Shown: piece by piece, positions 41,196 through 54,519 of the stretch
Position numbering within the stretch: position 1 is the stretch's first letter
Layout: the number at the start of each line of letters is the position of its first letter
Assembly: GCF_009914755.1 (NCBI RefSeq)
Contig: NC_060925.1
Source: the human T2T-CHM13v2.0 reference genome, Homo sapiens
Direction: 5' to 3' (one strand)
DNA length: 64,000 nt
Notes under the pieces: model-generated
Told to the model about the DNA's origin: nothing
The model's input: only the letters and a program-made list of their open reading frames with translations
Database searches by the model: none
Made by a program: the position numbers and the translations under genes

Positions 41196-43760
41196 TGCCT
41201 TAGTCAGCCCAGGCTGCCATAACAAAGTCCCACAGACTGAGTGGGTTAAAGAGCAGACATTGATCTTCCACAGTGCTGGAGGCTGCAAGTCCAAGAGCAA
41301 GGTACCTGCAGATTCACTTCCTGGTGAGGGCTCTCTTCCTGACTTGCAGACAGCCACTTTCTCACTGTGTCCTCACATGGCAGAGAGATACAACAATGTC
41401 TCTCACTTCTTATGCAGCCACAAATCACATCATGAAGAACTTACCCTTATGACCTCATCTAACCCTAATTACCTCCTGATATGGTTTGGCTGTGCCCCCA
41501 CCCAAATCTCATCTTGAATTCCCACATGTTGTGGGAGGGACCCAGTGGGAGGTAATTGAATCATGGGGGCAGGTCTTTCCTGTGCTGTTCTCATGATAGT
41601 GAATAAGTCTTATGAGATCTAATGGTTCCAAAAAGGGAACTTTCCCTGCACAAGCTTCTTCTCTTTGCTGCTATGTGAGATGTGCCTTTTACCTTCCACC
41701 ATGATTGTGAGGCCTCCTCAGCCATGTGGAACTGTAAGTCCATTAAAACCTTTTACTTCCCAGTCCTAAGCATGTCTTTATCAGCAGCATGAAAATGAAT
41801 TAATATAGTAAATTGGTACCAATGGAGTGGGATGCCACTGAAAAAATACCCGAAAATGCGGAAGCGACTTTGGAATTGAGTAACAGGCAGGGGTTGGAAC
41901 AATTTGGAGGGCTCAGAAGAAGACAGGAAAATGTGGAAAATTTGGAACTTCCTAGAGACTTGTTGAATAGCTTTGCCCAAAATGCTGATAGCGATACGGA
42001 CAATAAAGTCCAGGCTGAGGTGGTCTCAGACGGAAATAAGGACCTTCTTGGGAACTAGAGCAAAGGTGAGTCTTGTTACGTTTTACCAAAGAGTCTGGCA
42101 GCATTTTGCCCTTGCCCTAGAGATTTGTGTAACTTTGAACTTGAGAGAAATGATTTAGGGTATCCGGAAGAATAAATTTCTAAGTAGCAAAGTATTCAAG
42201 ATGTGACTTGAGTGCTGTTAAAGGCATTCAGTTTTATAAAGGAAGCGGAGCATAAAAGTTCAAAAATTTGCATCCTGACAATGCAATAGAAAAGGAAATC
42301 CCATTTCCTGAGGAGAAATCCAAGCTGACTTAAGAAATTTGCGTAAGTAACAAGGAACCAATTGTTAATCCCTGAGACAATGGGGAAATTGTCTCCAGGG
42401 CATGTCAGAGGTCTTCAAGGCAGTCTCTCCCATCACAGGCCCAGAGGCCTAGGAGAAAAAAGTGGTTTTGTGGAACAGGCCCAGGGTCCCCATGCTGTGT
42501 GCAGCCTAGGGATCTGGCATTCTCCATCCCAGCTGCTCCAGCCGTGGCTGACAGGGGCCAACATAGAGCTTGGGTCTTGGCTTCAGAGGGTGCAAGCCTC
42601 AAGCCATGGCAACTTCCATGTGATGTTGAGCCTGCCAGTGCACAGAAGTCAAGAGTTGAGGTTTGGGAACCTCTGCCTAGATTTCAGAGGATGTATGGAA
42701 ACACCTGGATGTCCAGGCAGAAGTTTGCTGCAGGGGCAGGGTTTTCATAGAGAGCCTCTGCTAGGGCAGTGCAGAAGGGAAATGTGGGGTCAGAGCCCCC
42801 CACATGGAGTCCCTACTGGGATGCTGCTTAGTGGAGTTGTGAGAAGAGGGCCACTGTCCTCCAGACCCCAGAATGGTAGATCCACTGACAGCTCCCACCG
42901 TGTGCCTGGAAAAGCTGCAGACACTCAATGCCAGCCTGTGAAAGCAGCCAGGAGGGAGGCTGTACCCTGCAAAGCAACAGGGGTGGAGCTGCCCAAGACC
43001 ATAAGAACCTACCTCTTTCATCAGTGTAACCTGAATATGAGACATGGAGTCAAAGGAGATCATTTTGGAATTATCAGATTTGACTGCCCTGCTGGATTTT
43101 GGACTTGCATGGAGCCTGTAGCCCCTTTGTTCTGGCCATTTTCTCCCATTTGTAATGGCTGTATTTACCCAATGCTTGGATTGTCTGTAGGAAGTAACTA
43201 ACTTGCTTTTGATTTTACAGACTCATAGGTGCAAGGGACTTGCCTTGTCTTGGATGAGACTTCGGACTGTGGATTTTTAGTTAATGCTTGAAATGAGTTA
43301 AGACATTGGGGAACTGTTGGGAAGACATGATTGGTTTTGATATGTGAGGACATGAGATTTGGGAGGGGCCGAGGTGGAATGATATGGTTTGGCTGTGTCC
43401 CCATCCAAATCTCATCTTGAATTCTCATGTATTGTGGGAAGGATCTGGTGGGAGGTAATTGAATCATGGGGGCAGGTCTTTCCCGTGCTCTTCTTGTGAT
43501 AGTGAATAAGTCTCATGGGAACTGATGATTTTAAAAAGGGGAATTTCCCTGCGCAAGCTTCTTCTGTTGACTGCTGCTATGTGAGACATGCCTTTCACCT
43601 TCCGCCATGATTGTGAGGCCTACCCAGCTACACTGAAGTGTAAGTTCATTAAAACCTCTTTTTCTTCCTGGTCTCAAGTATGTCTTTATCAGCAGCATGA
43701 AAGTGGACTAATACACCTCCCAAAGGCCCCACCTCCAAATACCATTACACTGGGGGTTGG
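41196..43760 (-). mobile_element. MLT1A0/B-type LTR split by THE1 provirus (41196-41476, 43716-~43760)
   Basis: gacctcatctaaccctaattacctcc | cctcccaaaggccccacctccaaatacc. Confidence 0.85.
41477..43715 (+). mobile_element. Full-length THE1 (A/B) MaLR provirus: 5'LTR 41477-41807, internal 41808-43379, 3'LTR 43380-43715
   Basis: Two direct LTRs starting tgatatggtttggctgtg; internal begins gtaaattggtacc; purine tract before the 3'LTR; perfect TSD cctcc. Confidence 0.95.
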
Positions 43761-44815
43761 GTCAGCAGGTCTGAAATCAGGGGGTGGGGAGGTAAAAGGA
43801 AAGATGGGCCCCTTCTAAAGACAGGCATAACCCAGATCTGAATCCCAGATCTGCCAGTTAGAGATGAGATGAGCCTGGCCATGTCACTTAGCCTCTCTGA
43901 TCTTCTATATCCTCCCCTAGTAAGTAAGACTGGTGATGATGATGGTGGGTGCCTCACACTGTAAGGGGTTCTTGTTGCAGGTAAATCACTGACCACTGCC
44001 TGGCTCATGGTGAGGACTGAAATGTTAGCTCATGAACTACCCAAATGAGAAGGCCCAGTCTGGTTTCATTGGTCAGGTGGATGGTGTTAATGATTCATCA
44101 TTGATGAGCACCCTTTGCTATTTACAGAAAGGTTTCCCACATGTGAGCTCAGCTGCAGTTGCACTGCTCACTCTTCTGCTGCCTCTGGAACCTAATCCCA
44201 TGGTCCAGGGGCTTGAGACCGGGGCGTTGCATGGGGCAGCTCTATGGTGGGGTCACCATGGGAAAACCCAGCTTTGGAGGGCAGCTCACAGGTGACCACA
44301 TTCTCCTTTGCAGTTTCTCAAAGAATGGTGAAAAGGCAAGATTTAGATTCAAATTCAACTTGTATTCTTACCTACCAGGTTCTGGATTCTGTGCTAAATA
44401 CTTTACTTATACATAAAATGTTATTTAATCCTTTTAGAGAGAAACAAATCTATCAGTAGGGGCCAAGGCTCTAGAGGGTTTTTAAAACAAAATAGATCAA
44501 ACCCTACCATCAAGCAGGAACATGTTATTCATTCTTCCCCCATCCCCTTTTCATCATCAGGGATTTGATAGTTATTCTCAAGATAAGGTGGTTTGAAGAC
44601 CTGGATGCCAGCCTGCATCCAACTCTTTTACTTCTTTCTTTGTCTTGCTCAGTGAGTCTCAAATTTTGAAGTGTATAAAATTTACTGTACATTCCTGAAA
44701 AAACAAAACCCAAGGCCAGGGCACTGTATAGGCAATGGAAACCATGTAATGGGGTAATTTTTGCCTTACATGCTGACCACAGATACAAACCCTTTCTTTG
44801 AAACAGAACATCACA

Positions 44816-44904
44816 AGGATGTTCACCGAAGAGATCTCAGAATTCATCTGGTTGAATCATGAGGATGTTCACTGAGGAGATCTCAGAATTCATCTGGTTG
44901 AATC
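44816..44904. repeat. 46-bp period tandem duplication x2 in a MIR
   Basis: aggatgttcac[c/t]ga[a/g]gagatctcagaattcatctggttgaatc at 44816 and 44862. Confidence 0.95.
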
Positions 44905-46234
44905 TTCCCATTTTACAGATGGGAAGACTGGGTGCCAGAAGGATCAATTGGATCATGGTGGATTGCAACACTAATTAGGGATAGAGCCGGGAATGTCTTA
45001 CTGGAATTGGGTTGTCTGCTGACCAAACATCTGAGCTGTAATTTGACTCAAAACTGCCAAGGGTTTTAAAAGAATGCGACAGATTGGTTTCCTGGCTTCT
45101 CTCACTAGGTTGTCAGGAAAACAGTTGTTCCAGATTTGCCAGGATATCCAGAGAGGTAGCCCTGGCTGGGTAGCCTTAGAAAGCCTGTCATTGCAAAACA
45201 AACAAAAAAAACAAAAACAAAAACAAAAAAAACCCTTTGCTAGAGCCAGGATTCTGAATCTTTTTCAGAGACAACACTAGGTAAGAAGAGTCACCAATGA
45301 AAAACATTCAGCTCTAACCCCTTTTTAAAAAAATCTTCTTTCCCGCATGTTATCTGTGGGTTTTCACGATGAGAAGACCAGGCAGCCCATGGGTCTGTAG
45401 GGGAGCAGGCAGATTTTTCCTTGCTGGAGAGGCAGAGAGCCTTTCCTTCCCATCCGTAGACTTTTATCGGGACTCATAAGCTCAGCCCAGAAGCTCTGGG
45501 CAGATAAGAGACTTAAGTCAATTGTGTTAGGGCAATTATTTTTCCTGCTCAGACAGTTCGCTGTTGGATGCTAAGGGGCAGCAAGGGTTTGCAGCTGCTC
45601 AGGTGTGCCTGTGCCATCTTTTTGTCTTCAGGGTTACCACAATTGGAGCAAATGTTAGAACTCCTCTAGTGTCTCCAGCCCATTTGCCCTCAGGGATGAA
45701 TCTTTTCCCATCTTCCACTTGGCTCATCTTAGACCACCATAAACTCAGCCATCTTTTTAATAGCTAGTAACAGACAAGGGCTAGAGGAATTTACTGATTA
45801 GATGGATTAACTCTTTAGCTAGAGAGAGTCCAACCCAGTGTGGGACATGCTGAAAAGTCTGTCTATAAGTGTCTCAATAGCTGACACTCAAGGAAAACAT
45901 TCCTCTTGGGAAGATATAAAGGACTCTCAGGCCAAATAACACTGTGCACATCTGTCTCGTGTCACAAGGCTTAGTACTGTACTAAGTTGGTTACTGGTCC
46001 CTTGCTAATAATAGCAGGGACAATAATAATTGTTAACATTTAGCAGGTCTTTGCCATGTGCCAGGCACTGTTCTAAGGGCTTTATGTGTACGATCTATTT
46101 GGTGTGAAAAAGTAGGATGCCCATTTCAGATATGAGGAAACTGAGGCACAGATGGGGTAAGTACCTTGTTCACACTCTGCTAGACTAGGAAGTACAGGAG
46201 ACAGATCATAAGGACGTGGTTTTCCTGTGTATAT

Positions 46235-46656
46235 TGTATTAATCCGTTCTTGCATTGCTATAAAGAATACCTGACACTGGGTAATTTACATAGAAAAGAG
46301 GTTTAATTGGCTCATGGTTCTGCAGGCTGTACAGGAAGCATGATGCTGGCATCTGCTTGGCTTCTGGGGAGGCCTCAGGAAACTTATAATCATAGAAGAA
46401 GGCAAAGAGGAACGGCATCTCACATGGGCAGAGAAGGAGCAAGAGGGCGGGGGGAGGTGCCGTGCACTCTTTTAAACAACCAGGTCTCGTGAGAACTCAT
46501 TCACTATCATGAGAACAGCACCAAGAGGATGATGCTAAACCATTCATGAGAAACCACCCCCACGATCAAATCACCTCCCACCAGGCCCCACCTCCAACAC
46601 TGGGGACTACAATTGAACATGAGATTTGGGTGGGGACACAGATCCAACCCATATCA
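46235..46656 (-). mobile_element. MSTA/MSTB solo LTR
   Basis: tgtattaatccgttcttgcattgctataaag...atccaacccatatca; TSD tatat/catat. Confidence 0.9.
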
Positions 46657-47579
46657 CATATGTAGTTTTATTACAAGGGTTTGGGTTTCATCTTACCTCA
46701 AGGTTAAGTTTAACATCAGTAGATGGTAGATGCCCGTCTTCCTTCACTGGGCCCAGAGGTACCTGGTCCAAATATAACTGACTTTGAATTCTTATGGAAG
46801 GATGCTTCAGTGGATTGTGAAACCTAAAGGAGGTAGGGAGGGAAGATTCTTTGGAGGGGATTGGCAGTGTTCTCAGGACAGTGGACATGTGCTATCTCTG
46901 GCTTCTGGTACCCATGCATCCTTCTGCTGCTAACTGTGTCTGATCTTGCTTTCTCCAACCCCCTGTCTGTGTGTCCTGGGAGGGACTTCACCTCTGACTT
47001 AGGGAGAATTTGATGTAGGTTTTAGCTAATCAGAGCATCATATTTTTTTACTATAGTGATTGAGTCAAGGATGGGCATAGGAGCCAAAGGGAACAGAGCA
47101 AGAGACCCAGATGGGCAGTCTGGCAAAGGAGCTCTGTGCTCTTCTACTAGTCCACAGCCTATGAATGATATCTAGTCTGGAGCTGTGGCAGCCATCTTGG
47201 CACTATGAGGCAAGAGCTGACTGAGGATATTGCCCAACCCAGGGGAAGCAGAGGCGAGAGAAGGAGAGGGAGAACCCCATGAGTCAAGCTGTGCGTACCA
47301 TGGATATTTGAGTTTGCTCACCCATGTTGCTTTATCAAGGAATTTTAATTGATATAGCTTGTCATATATGAGTATAGTATTAGCAGGCATTCAGAAAATG
47401 GTTAACCAGGGAAAGGTGTGATATGCAAACCTTCCCTTAAAAACCTCTTCTGTTGGTCAGCTAACTCATCACTACGGTGAATGAAGCCTGATATTCTGTT
47501 TTACCATATACCAACCTGAAGTGCAAGGAGCAATAATTCCACAAGAATTACTTCAATAGGGCAGTGGGGCGGCGGGGGT

Positions 47580-48470
47580 GTGTTCATTTTACAGAAGGAA
47601 AATCAGGCACAGAGAAATTATGTAAAGTATCCACAATTATACAGTTAGGAATTGGAAGAACCCAGATTCAAATGCAAGCAATCTGGATCATGAATCCAAG
47701 CTTTTAATCACTATGCCTAACAAACACGTTTTAAAAATCAAGAATATTTATTGAGGACCTACTATGGGTCCATTATGGAATACATCCATGAATAAGATGC
47801 CCAAAGATCCCTCCCTCATGATGTGAGCACTTAAATGCTTATGTATGTGTGCGAAAAGATAGAAAATAAAGAATAAAAATAGCAAATAATGTTAGAAGGT
47901 GTAAGTTCTGTGAAAAAGAACTAACACACAAGCTAAGGGAGATCAGGGTAGAGGGTTCCAGTTTTCAATAGGGAGGTGAGAATAAGCCTCTTTGAGAAGA
48001 TGACTTGGAAGAGGTGAGGGAGTTACTTACAGGAATATCTGAGCAAAGAACATTCCAGATGCAGGAAATAGCCAGTGCAAGGCCCAGAGGCAGAAGGTGC
48101 CTGGTGTGCTCAAGGAGCAGCAGGGAAGCCAGCGAGGTTGGAACAGAGTGTGTAGAACACAGTAGATGAGGCTAGAGAAGTAATTCCTGATCTCAGAAAA
48201 GACTGGCCCCTGCAGGATTCTGAGCAAAGGAGAGATACAATCTGGCCGTGGCTGTGAAAGAGCCAGCTGTCAATTGGTGTAGACGGGAAGTGCTGCAACA
48301 GGGAGACCCAGGTGAGAGGTGATGAAAGCTGGGTGCCAGCAGTGGAGGGGGTAAGAGGTGGTCAGATTCTGAATATGTTTTAAAGAAGAAATAAAAGAAT
48401 TTGTAATGATTTTAGATGTGCAGCAGAAAGTGAGGCATCAGAGATAACTGTAAAGTGTTTGAGCAAAACT
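47580..48470. mobile_element. MIR (~47580-47720) followed by L2 (~47735-48470)
   Basis: cattttacagaaggaaaatcaggcacagag; atatttattgaggacctactatg; gccagtgcaaggcccagagg. Confidence 0.75.
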
Positions 48471-50404
48471 TGAGTAATTCAATAAAACCCAATTCTTCTT
48501 TGAACTTCACTCCTGTGGCCAAGGAATCAATAACCTCTTCTGCCTGGAGCCACTTTTGGATCTCTTTTATCCAGAAGTGCCTTCTTGAATGAGCACACTG
48601 CTTTTTGACAGACAGTTCCTATGTGAATCATCCCATTTCATTCCCATCACAATCCTCTGAGATTCTACTCCCATGTGGTAACTAGGGAAACTGAGATTCA
48701 ATGAGATAGTTGTTCACCTGACCCAGCTCACATAGTTGATGAGCTGACGTTCTCTATTCTGTTACAGTAGAACAATATTCTGTTATTATTAAGCCACAGT
48801 AGAAGCAATTGTCTCCCGGTTATAAAGTAGCTAATTGCACCTACCAGATCATTTTCATCATCCATGTAGTCTATTGCTTTTAGGCTGTGAGCATTGAAAC
48901 AGATTGTTCTTCTGAAGGCTTATGTGTAAATACATTCTTTCCATTTGCTGTAGATTTCTACAACATCATGCCTTAAGATCTAACTTTTTTGTCCTTGTTT
49001 TTGGACAAAAATGTACCTGTATTATGTTCTACTAGATTAAAACACCTACCTTGGTTTTTGCTATTGTTTGTTTTTTGTCTATGGCTACTGCTCTGTGACA
49101 TACTTGTTTTCCCTACTTTGTAGGGAGTAACTTGATAAGCAAGGCGACATTTGATAGCAAAGCGGAGGAATGGGTAGTTGGCAGAGATAATTTTAAAATC
49201 CAGAAAAGATGTAAAAATTACGTGGGAATGTAAATAATAGATCAAACCAGGTGTTGTCTGGAATTTCCACCAATATCTTGATGTCACTCCTTGGGCAGCC
49301 AGAGTCTCTTCCTGCTGGGACAATTCCATGGTTGTGTTTCCATTGCCATTTTCCTGCAGAGGCTGAAGCTCCACTTTTCTGCATTCTACCTGCTTTTTGA
49401 GTACATAAAATGAAACACACAGAGGCATGACTTTTTTTTTAAGCTGCATTCATGCTGTGTTGAGGTCACAGATTTTAACCAAGTCAAGCAATGTGGATGT
49501 TGAGGCTTCAGGGAGATGGTTGTCTCCAACAGCTGTCAGCCTTGTTGATGTGTATGTACCTTCTGCTGCATCTTCTGCAGGACCATTCCCTCCTAGCATC
49601 TCTGTGACTCCAGTTTTCCTCATTGGAAATGAGTGCTTTGTTGCAGAGAAGAGAATCACCTGGAGCAGGTGTGTAGTCAAATGAATTTTTAAGCGAGAAT
49701 TCCAAATACAGAGAAGAGGAGAGGCAACAGGAGAGGCAAGGATGGAAAGGTGAAGAAGGTTTCTGCTTCTCATTATGAAATAAATAGGCAATTCCAATAG
49801 AGTCAACCATTTCATGCCTGGATGGCCGCAATCACCTGCAAATGGGACTGCAGCCTCCCTTCAAGTTCTCCTTCTTCCTGGCTATTCTATTTCTCTGAGA
49901 TCAATCTTCCCAAATGACTTCTGAGGTGCCCTCCCTTACTGAAAGCCCCCAGTGGGCCTATATTATCTATGGGTCAAACACACACCCCTGGTCTCAGTGG
50001 TCAAGGACAGAAAGTGATGGAATCCAACCTAAACCCATCCATGCCGCCACCCTCTTTTGGGGCCTTTTCTTCACCAGCTCCCAAGTGGCCCAGGCTTCTC
50101 CCTTCATCTCTCAGTGATGACAAATGTGTGGCTGGCCCCTCGGAGGCTCCTTCCCAATAGGAGCCCTCCCCATTCATTCCGACCCAGGTAAGGGTCTACC
50201 TTTCTATGACGACTTTTCCCTCCATTTCCAAGATGCATTTCACATGTAACTCAGTTTCTTTCTTATATCACAAATCACCTTACGTGAATATTTTTGTGGT
50301 GCAAAATCACAATTTCAACATTTGGTGCCACCTGTTTTGCTTTGCCTCACACTGTTTCCTTGGAGCAAGTTCACTAAGGTGAAATGACTTTCCGAAGACT
50401 GAGC

Positions 50405-50508
50405 AAAACATGGGACGCTTCACGAATTGGTGTAACATTCTTACACGGGGGCTGTGCTAGTCTTCTCTGTACCATTCTCATTTTAATATGTACTGCCGAA
50501 GCTAGCCC
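50405..50508 (-). pseudogene. U6 snRNA pseudogene (RNU6-type), full length, diverged
   Basis: Reverse complement gggctagcttcggcagtacatattaaaatgagaatggtacagagaagactagcacagccccc...aattcgtgaagcgtcccatgtttt aligns end to end with U6, including the ACAGAGA box. Confidence 0.95.
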
Positions 50509-51271
50509 CTGTGATGACGGCTTCACCACGCCACCCCCGTCCCTGCCTAGCCGCTGGCTCTCTCTAGCCTCATGCAGCCTGGCACCTAATCAGACACTGT
50601 TTTATCTGGGTTCAGTCTCATCTTAACCATAATCCAGGCTTGTTAAAGTCAGGGATCTTGCATTCAGCTTCATTGTTAATGTCACATCAGTTATCACCAT
50701 CCTCGGCACAGAATAGACAATGGTGAAACCCACATTTTGATTTAAACTCACACAGAAAAAGAAGGAAAGATCTTTTCTTATTTATTGCTTAAGCTCTCTG
50801 GAAAAGGACATCTTGGTATATTCGCCAACGGCCTCTCTCAGTTCCTGAAGTCCCATCAGTCCCCTCGAGTGCTGGCAATGTTGGTGTGGACGTTGCCTCT
50901 GAGGCCCGCCCTCTTGCGGAATACTCACCTGTTCATTCATTCATTCTTCCATTCAGAAAGTGTGCACAGAGCACCTGCTCTGCTCTTGGCATGGAAATGT
51001 GGTTTGGAAAGAGACAAAATCCAGCTTTCACAAGAGCTTGTGGTCAGTCTCCTGTCGGGGGCAGCACTGGGGAGGGGAGAGAGGGAGACACAGCAAACAA
51101 GTAAGTGAATCAATAAGGGCTTCCCATTGAGACGCGGCTCTGAGGGAAATGAAACACAGATTGCAGTAGCGAGTGGATAGGGTAATGGGTGGTGAGGCCT
51201 CAGTAGCAAGATCGGATCATCCACGGGCATGTCTCCCAGGAAGAGGGAACAGCAGGTGCCAAAACTGGAAG

Positions 51272-51466
51272 GCAGGTCTTCTCCATCTCAGCACTATTGA
51301 CATTTGGGGCTGGATAATCCTCTCTTGTAGAAGGGCATCCTGTGCTCTGTGGGATGTTTGGCAGCTTCTCTGGCCTCTACCCACTGGATGTCAGAAGCAC
51401 CATCCTCCCCCTGCCCCTGTCCTGATCATGACTATCAAAAATGTCTTTTCCGACCTAGCAAAAATG
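51272..51466 (+). mobile_element. MER20, 3'-truncated
   Basis: ctcagcactattgacatttggggctggataat...ctggcctctacccactggatg. Confidence 0.88.
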
Positions 51467-51467
51467 T

Positions 51468-51920
51468 GTGGCAATGGGGCTTGGGGGTCAATGGTGGCCC
51501 CCAGAAAGATATGTCCATGTCCTAGCCAAACATTCCCCAGGAACTGTGATGGTGACCTTGATTGGAAAAAGGATCTTTGCAGAGGTCATTAAAAAGGGTC
51601 TCAAGGTGAAATCACCCTGGATCGTCCAGGTGGGCTTAAATCCAGTGACAGTGGAGACAGAGAGGGGAAGACAGAGATACAGAAGAGAAGGCAATGTGAA
51701 GACAGAGGCAGAGAGCTGGGGACTCTGCCACAGGGAAAGCCAAAGCCACCAGAAGCTGGGAGGGTCAAGGGACTATGGTTCCCTGGAGACTTTTGGGGGA
51801 GCGGGGCCCTGCTGACACCTTAGTTTTCAACTCCAGCCTTCAGAACTGGAAGATAGTAAACTTCTGTTAAGTCACCCAGTTTGGAGTGACTTCTTACAGC
51901 AGCCACAGGAAATGAATGCA
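51468..51920 (+). mobile_element. MLT1D/C-type LTR
   Basis: aatggtggcccccagaaagatatgtccatgtcc...acagcagccacaggaaatgaatgca. Confidence 0.8.
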
Positions 51921-51946
51921 GTGGAAAAAAGCATCCATGGAAGAAA

Positions 51947-52075
51947 CATTACCCTGAGGCAACAAAGATCAGGGCAGGTTCCAGGAACCATTACCCTCGG
52001 GCAACAAGGTTCAGGGCAGATTTGCAGAACCGTTAGATTCAGGCAACAAAGATCAGGGCAGGATTGAGGAACCAT
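51947..52075. repeat. 42-bp minisatellite x3
   Basis: cattaccctgaggcaacaaagatcagggcaggttccaggaac at 51947, 51989, 52031. Confidence 0.92.
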
Positions 52076-52994
52076 GGGAAGGCAGGTGTAACTGCAGCCT
52101 CCGTCAGTAAGGCCAGTGGAGTGTGGTGCGGGGTGGGGTGGGGGGTGGGAGTTGCGGGCAGCTCTTACCTGGCCTTAGAGGCCCTAGTAAGGAATTTAGG
52201 GTTTGTTGTAAGTGGAAGGTGTATTAAGCACTGAGGGTTTCAGACTAGCCAGTGACATGATCTGGTTTATATATGTAGCAGCTTTTTCTCACTACTTATG
52301 TGGACTGTGTGTGTGGTGGAGCAAAGTGAAGCTAGGATTCCTTAGGACACAGTTGCAACTGAAACAGGTAGGACTTTCAGTCACGTGAGGCACAAACACC
52401 TTTCTCTCATTGTGGGTTTCCCTAGGGGAAGCAGCCAAAGATAGAAGTTTCCTCCTCTAGAATTCCAACAGGAAAAGGCCTCGCATCTCTATTCCATGTA
52501 TCATAAAGGCAGAAGCTCTCCCCTCCCCCCCCCCGTCAAGATGCTTAATTTATTTATTACATTTTAAGACGAAGAAACGGAAGTGTAAAAGGAGAAAGTG
52601 ATACCTCAGGCCCACAGACACAGAAGTATTCACTGGCAGACTGGGAATCTAAATCCAAGCTTCAGATGTTCTTTCCTGGTATGTTTCCTTTACTTGTACA
52701 GAGTGGTGCATTTTAGCAAAGGTCTCATTTGAATTTTACAATGACCTAATGACAGACATGGCATAAATATCACTTTTATTTTACAAATGCAAAAGTATGA
52801 TAATAATAAAAAAAAATAAGGACAATCAGAGAGGTGAAGTGATTTCCCCAATGTCACACAGCTTTGAAGGGGTGGGGTTGTCAATCAACCTTGGGTCTTC
52901 TGACTCCTGATCTGATGTTCCTCCTTGGACTGCTCATGCTGGGTCTTGGAGAATGATGATGTAACTACCTAAATCTTAAAAGTCTCCCACCATT

Positions 52995-53345
<351 letters not shown>

Positions 53346-54519
53346 TCAATTTATGATTATACGTTGTTTCTTGCCCTTTAGGCAAGTTCAATTTCATTGT
53401 CCAGATGCAAAAACTGTTTCACAATGAAGGCTGCACATAAAAAGAAAAATGAGGGAGCGATTTAACATAGGACAGGCCAGATCTGAAAACAATTTTAGAG
53501 GTAATGTAGGATCCATGAAGCCTATATATGTTTTCCAATAGCTGAGAAAAAGCATACCCCTTTACTGTTGTTTTTTTTTTTTTTTGGTCTGAGTGTGTGT
53601 TCTGTGCAATATAAAAATAAAGGTTCACCTAACACTGGAGCCGTGGTAAAGCCAGGAGGCCAGGAAATCCAACGCTAATGGGGACAGGGTATTTCCCACT
53701 TGGGAAATTAGCAGTGGCTCTGCCTTCCTCTATAGCTGTATGTGCTCAGAAGTGCTCCGGCGTCCTCCAACCTTCCCCCGTCATCCTTGATAACAGATAA
53801 CACTCTAAATAAATCTAAAATGCTTTCACTTGATTCTGGAGTCTTGCTTTGAGAGAATGCATGGGGTTACGAGAGAAAGGCTGTTCCTTGTGTCTGTATC
53901 CAGTCTGCGAATTTGGTCACCAGAGGTATATGAAGCCCACACTGTGTGCCAGGCTTTGAGTTGGTGCTTTGAGTCGGTGCTAGGGACACCCTGGCAGAGA
54001 GGAGACGTGGGCACTTGGCTCGTGGGGTTGTTCTGTCTGGAGTGAAGAGAGATTTGAGGAAGTGTGGGAATGTTGTGAGGTCCCTGGGTCCACTCACGAT
54101 GCTGGGAGGACCAGGTGGTCCTGGCAACACTGAATGGGATTTGAGGGCAAGAGGGAGTCAGAGTCCAAGTTTACAAGACGATGCCGAATGTCAAATCTGA
54201 AGGTCCCAGGAGGCTGAGTGGGATTGGAGTAGAAAAGTCCAAGGTTAGGCAGAGCTCAGTGAAGTGAGCCAGTGGGGCAGTGAGCTCAGTGCTCAGTCTG
54301 TGAAAATCAGGAGGCCAGGAGCTCCCTTTTTGTGTGCTTGGGGGCAAAGCAGTTTCTCAGGGGATAAGGTGGTACTGCACCATCTTTGTGCTTTGGTGCA
54401 CAATGCCACCAAGGGGTGCTGGTGCCTGAGGCTGGCATGAAGGCCTCTCCATGGGCAGCCAAGTGGGGAGATCAGCTCAGTGAGTCATGCTGTGTTAGTT
54501 TGCTAAGAGGGAGTCATGC

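Noticed and set aside
48973-49449. 158-aa minus-strand ORF as possible processed pseudogene
   Set aside because: No recognisable parent protein, poly-A or TSD
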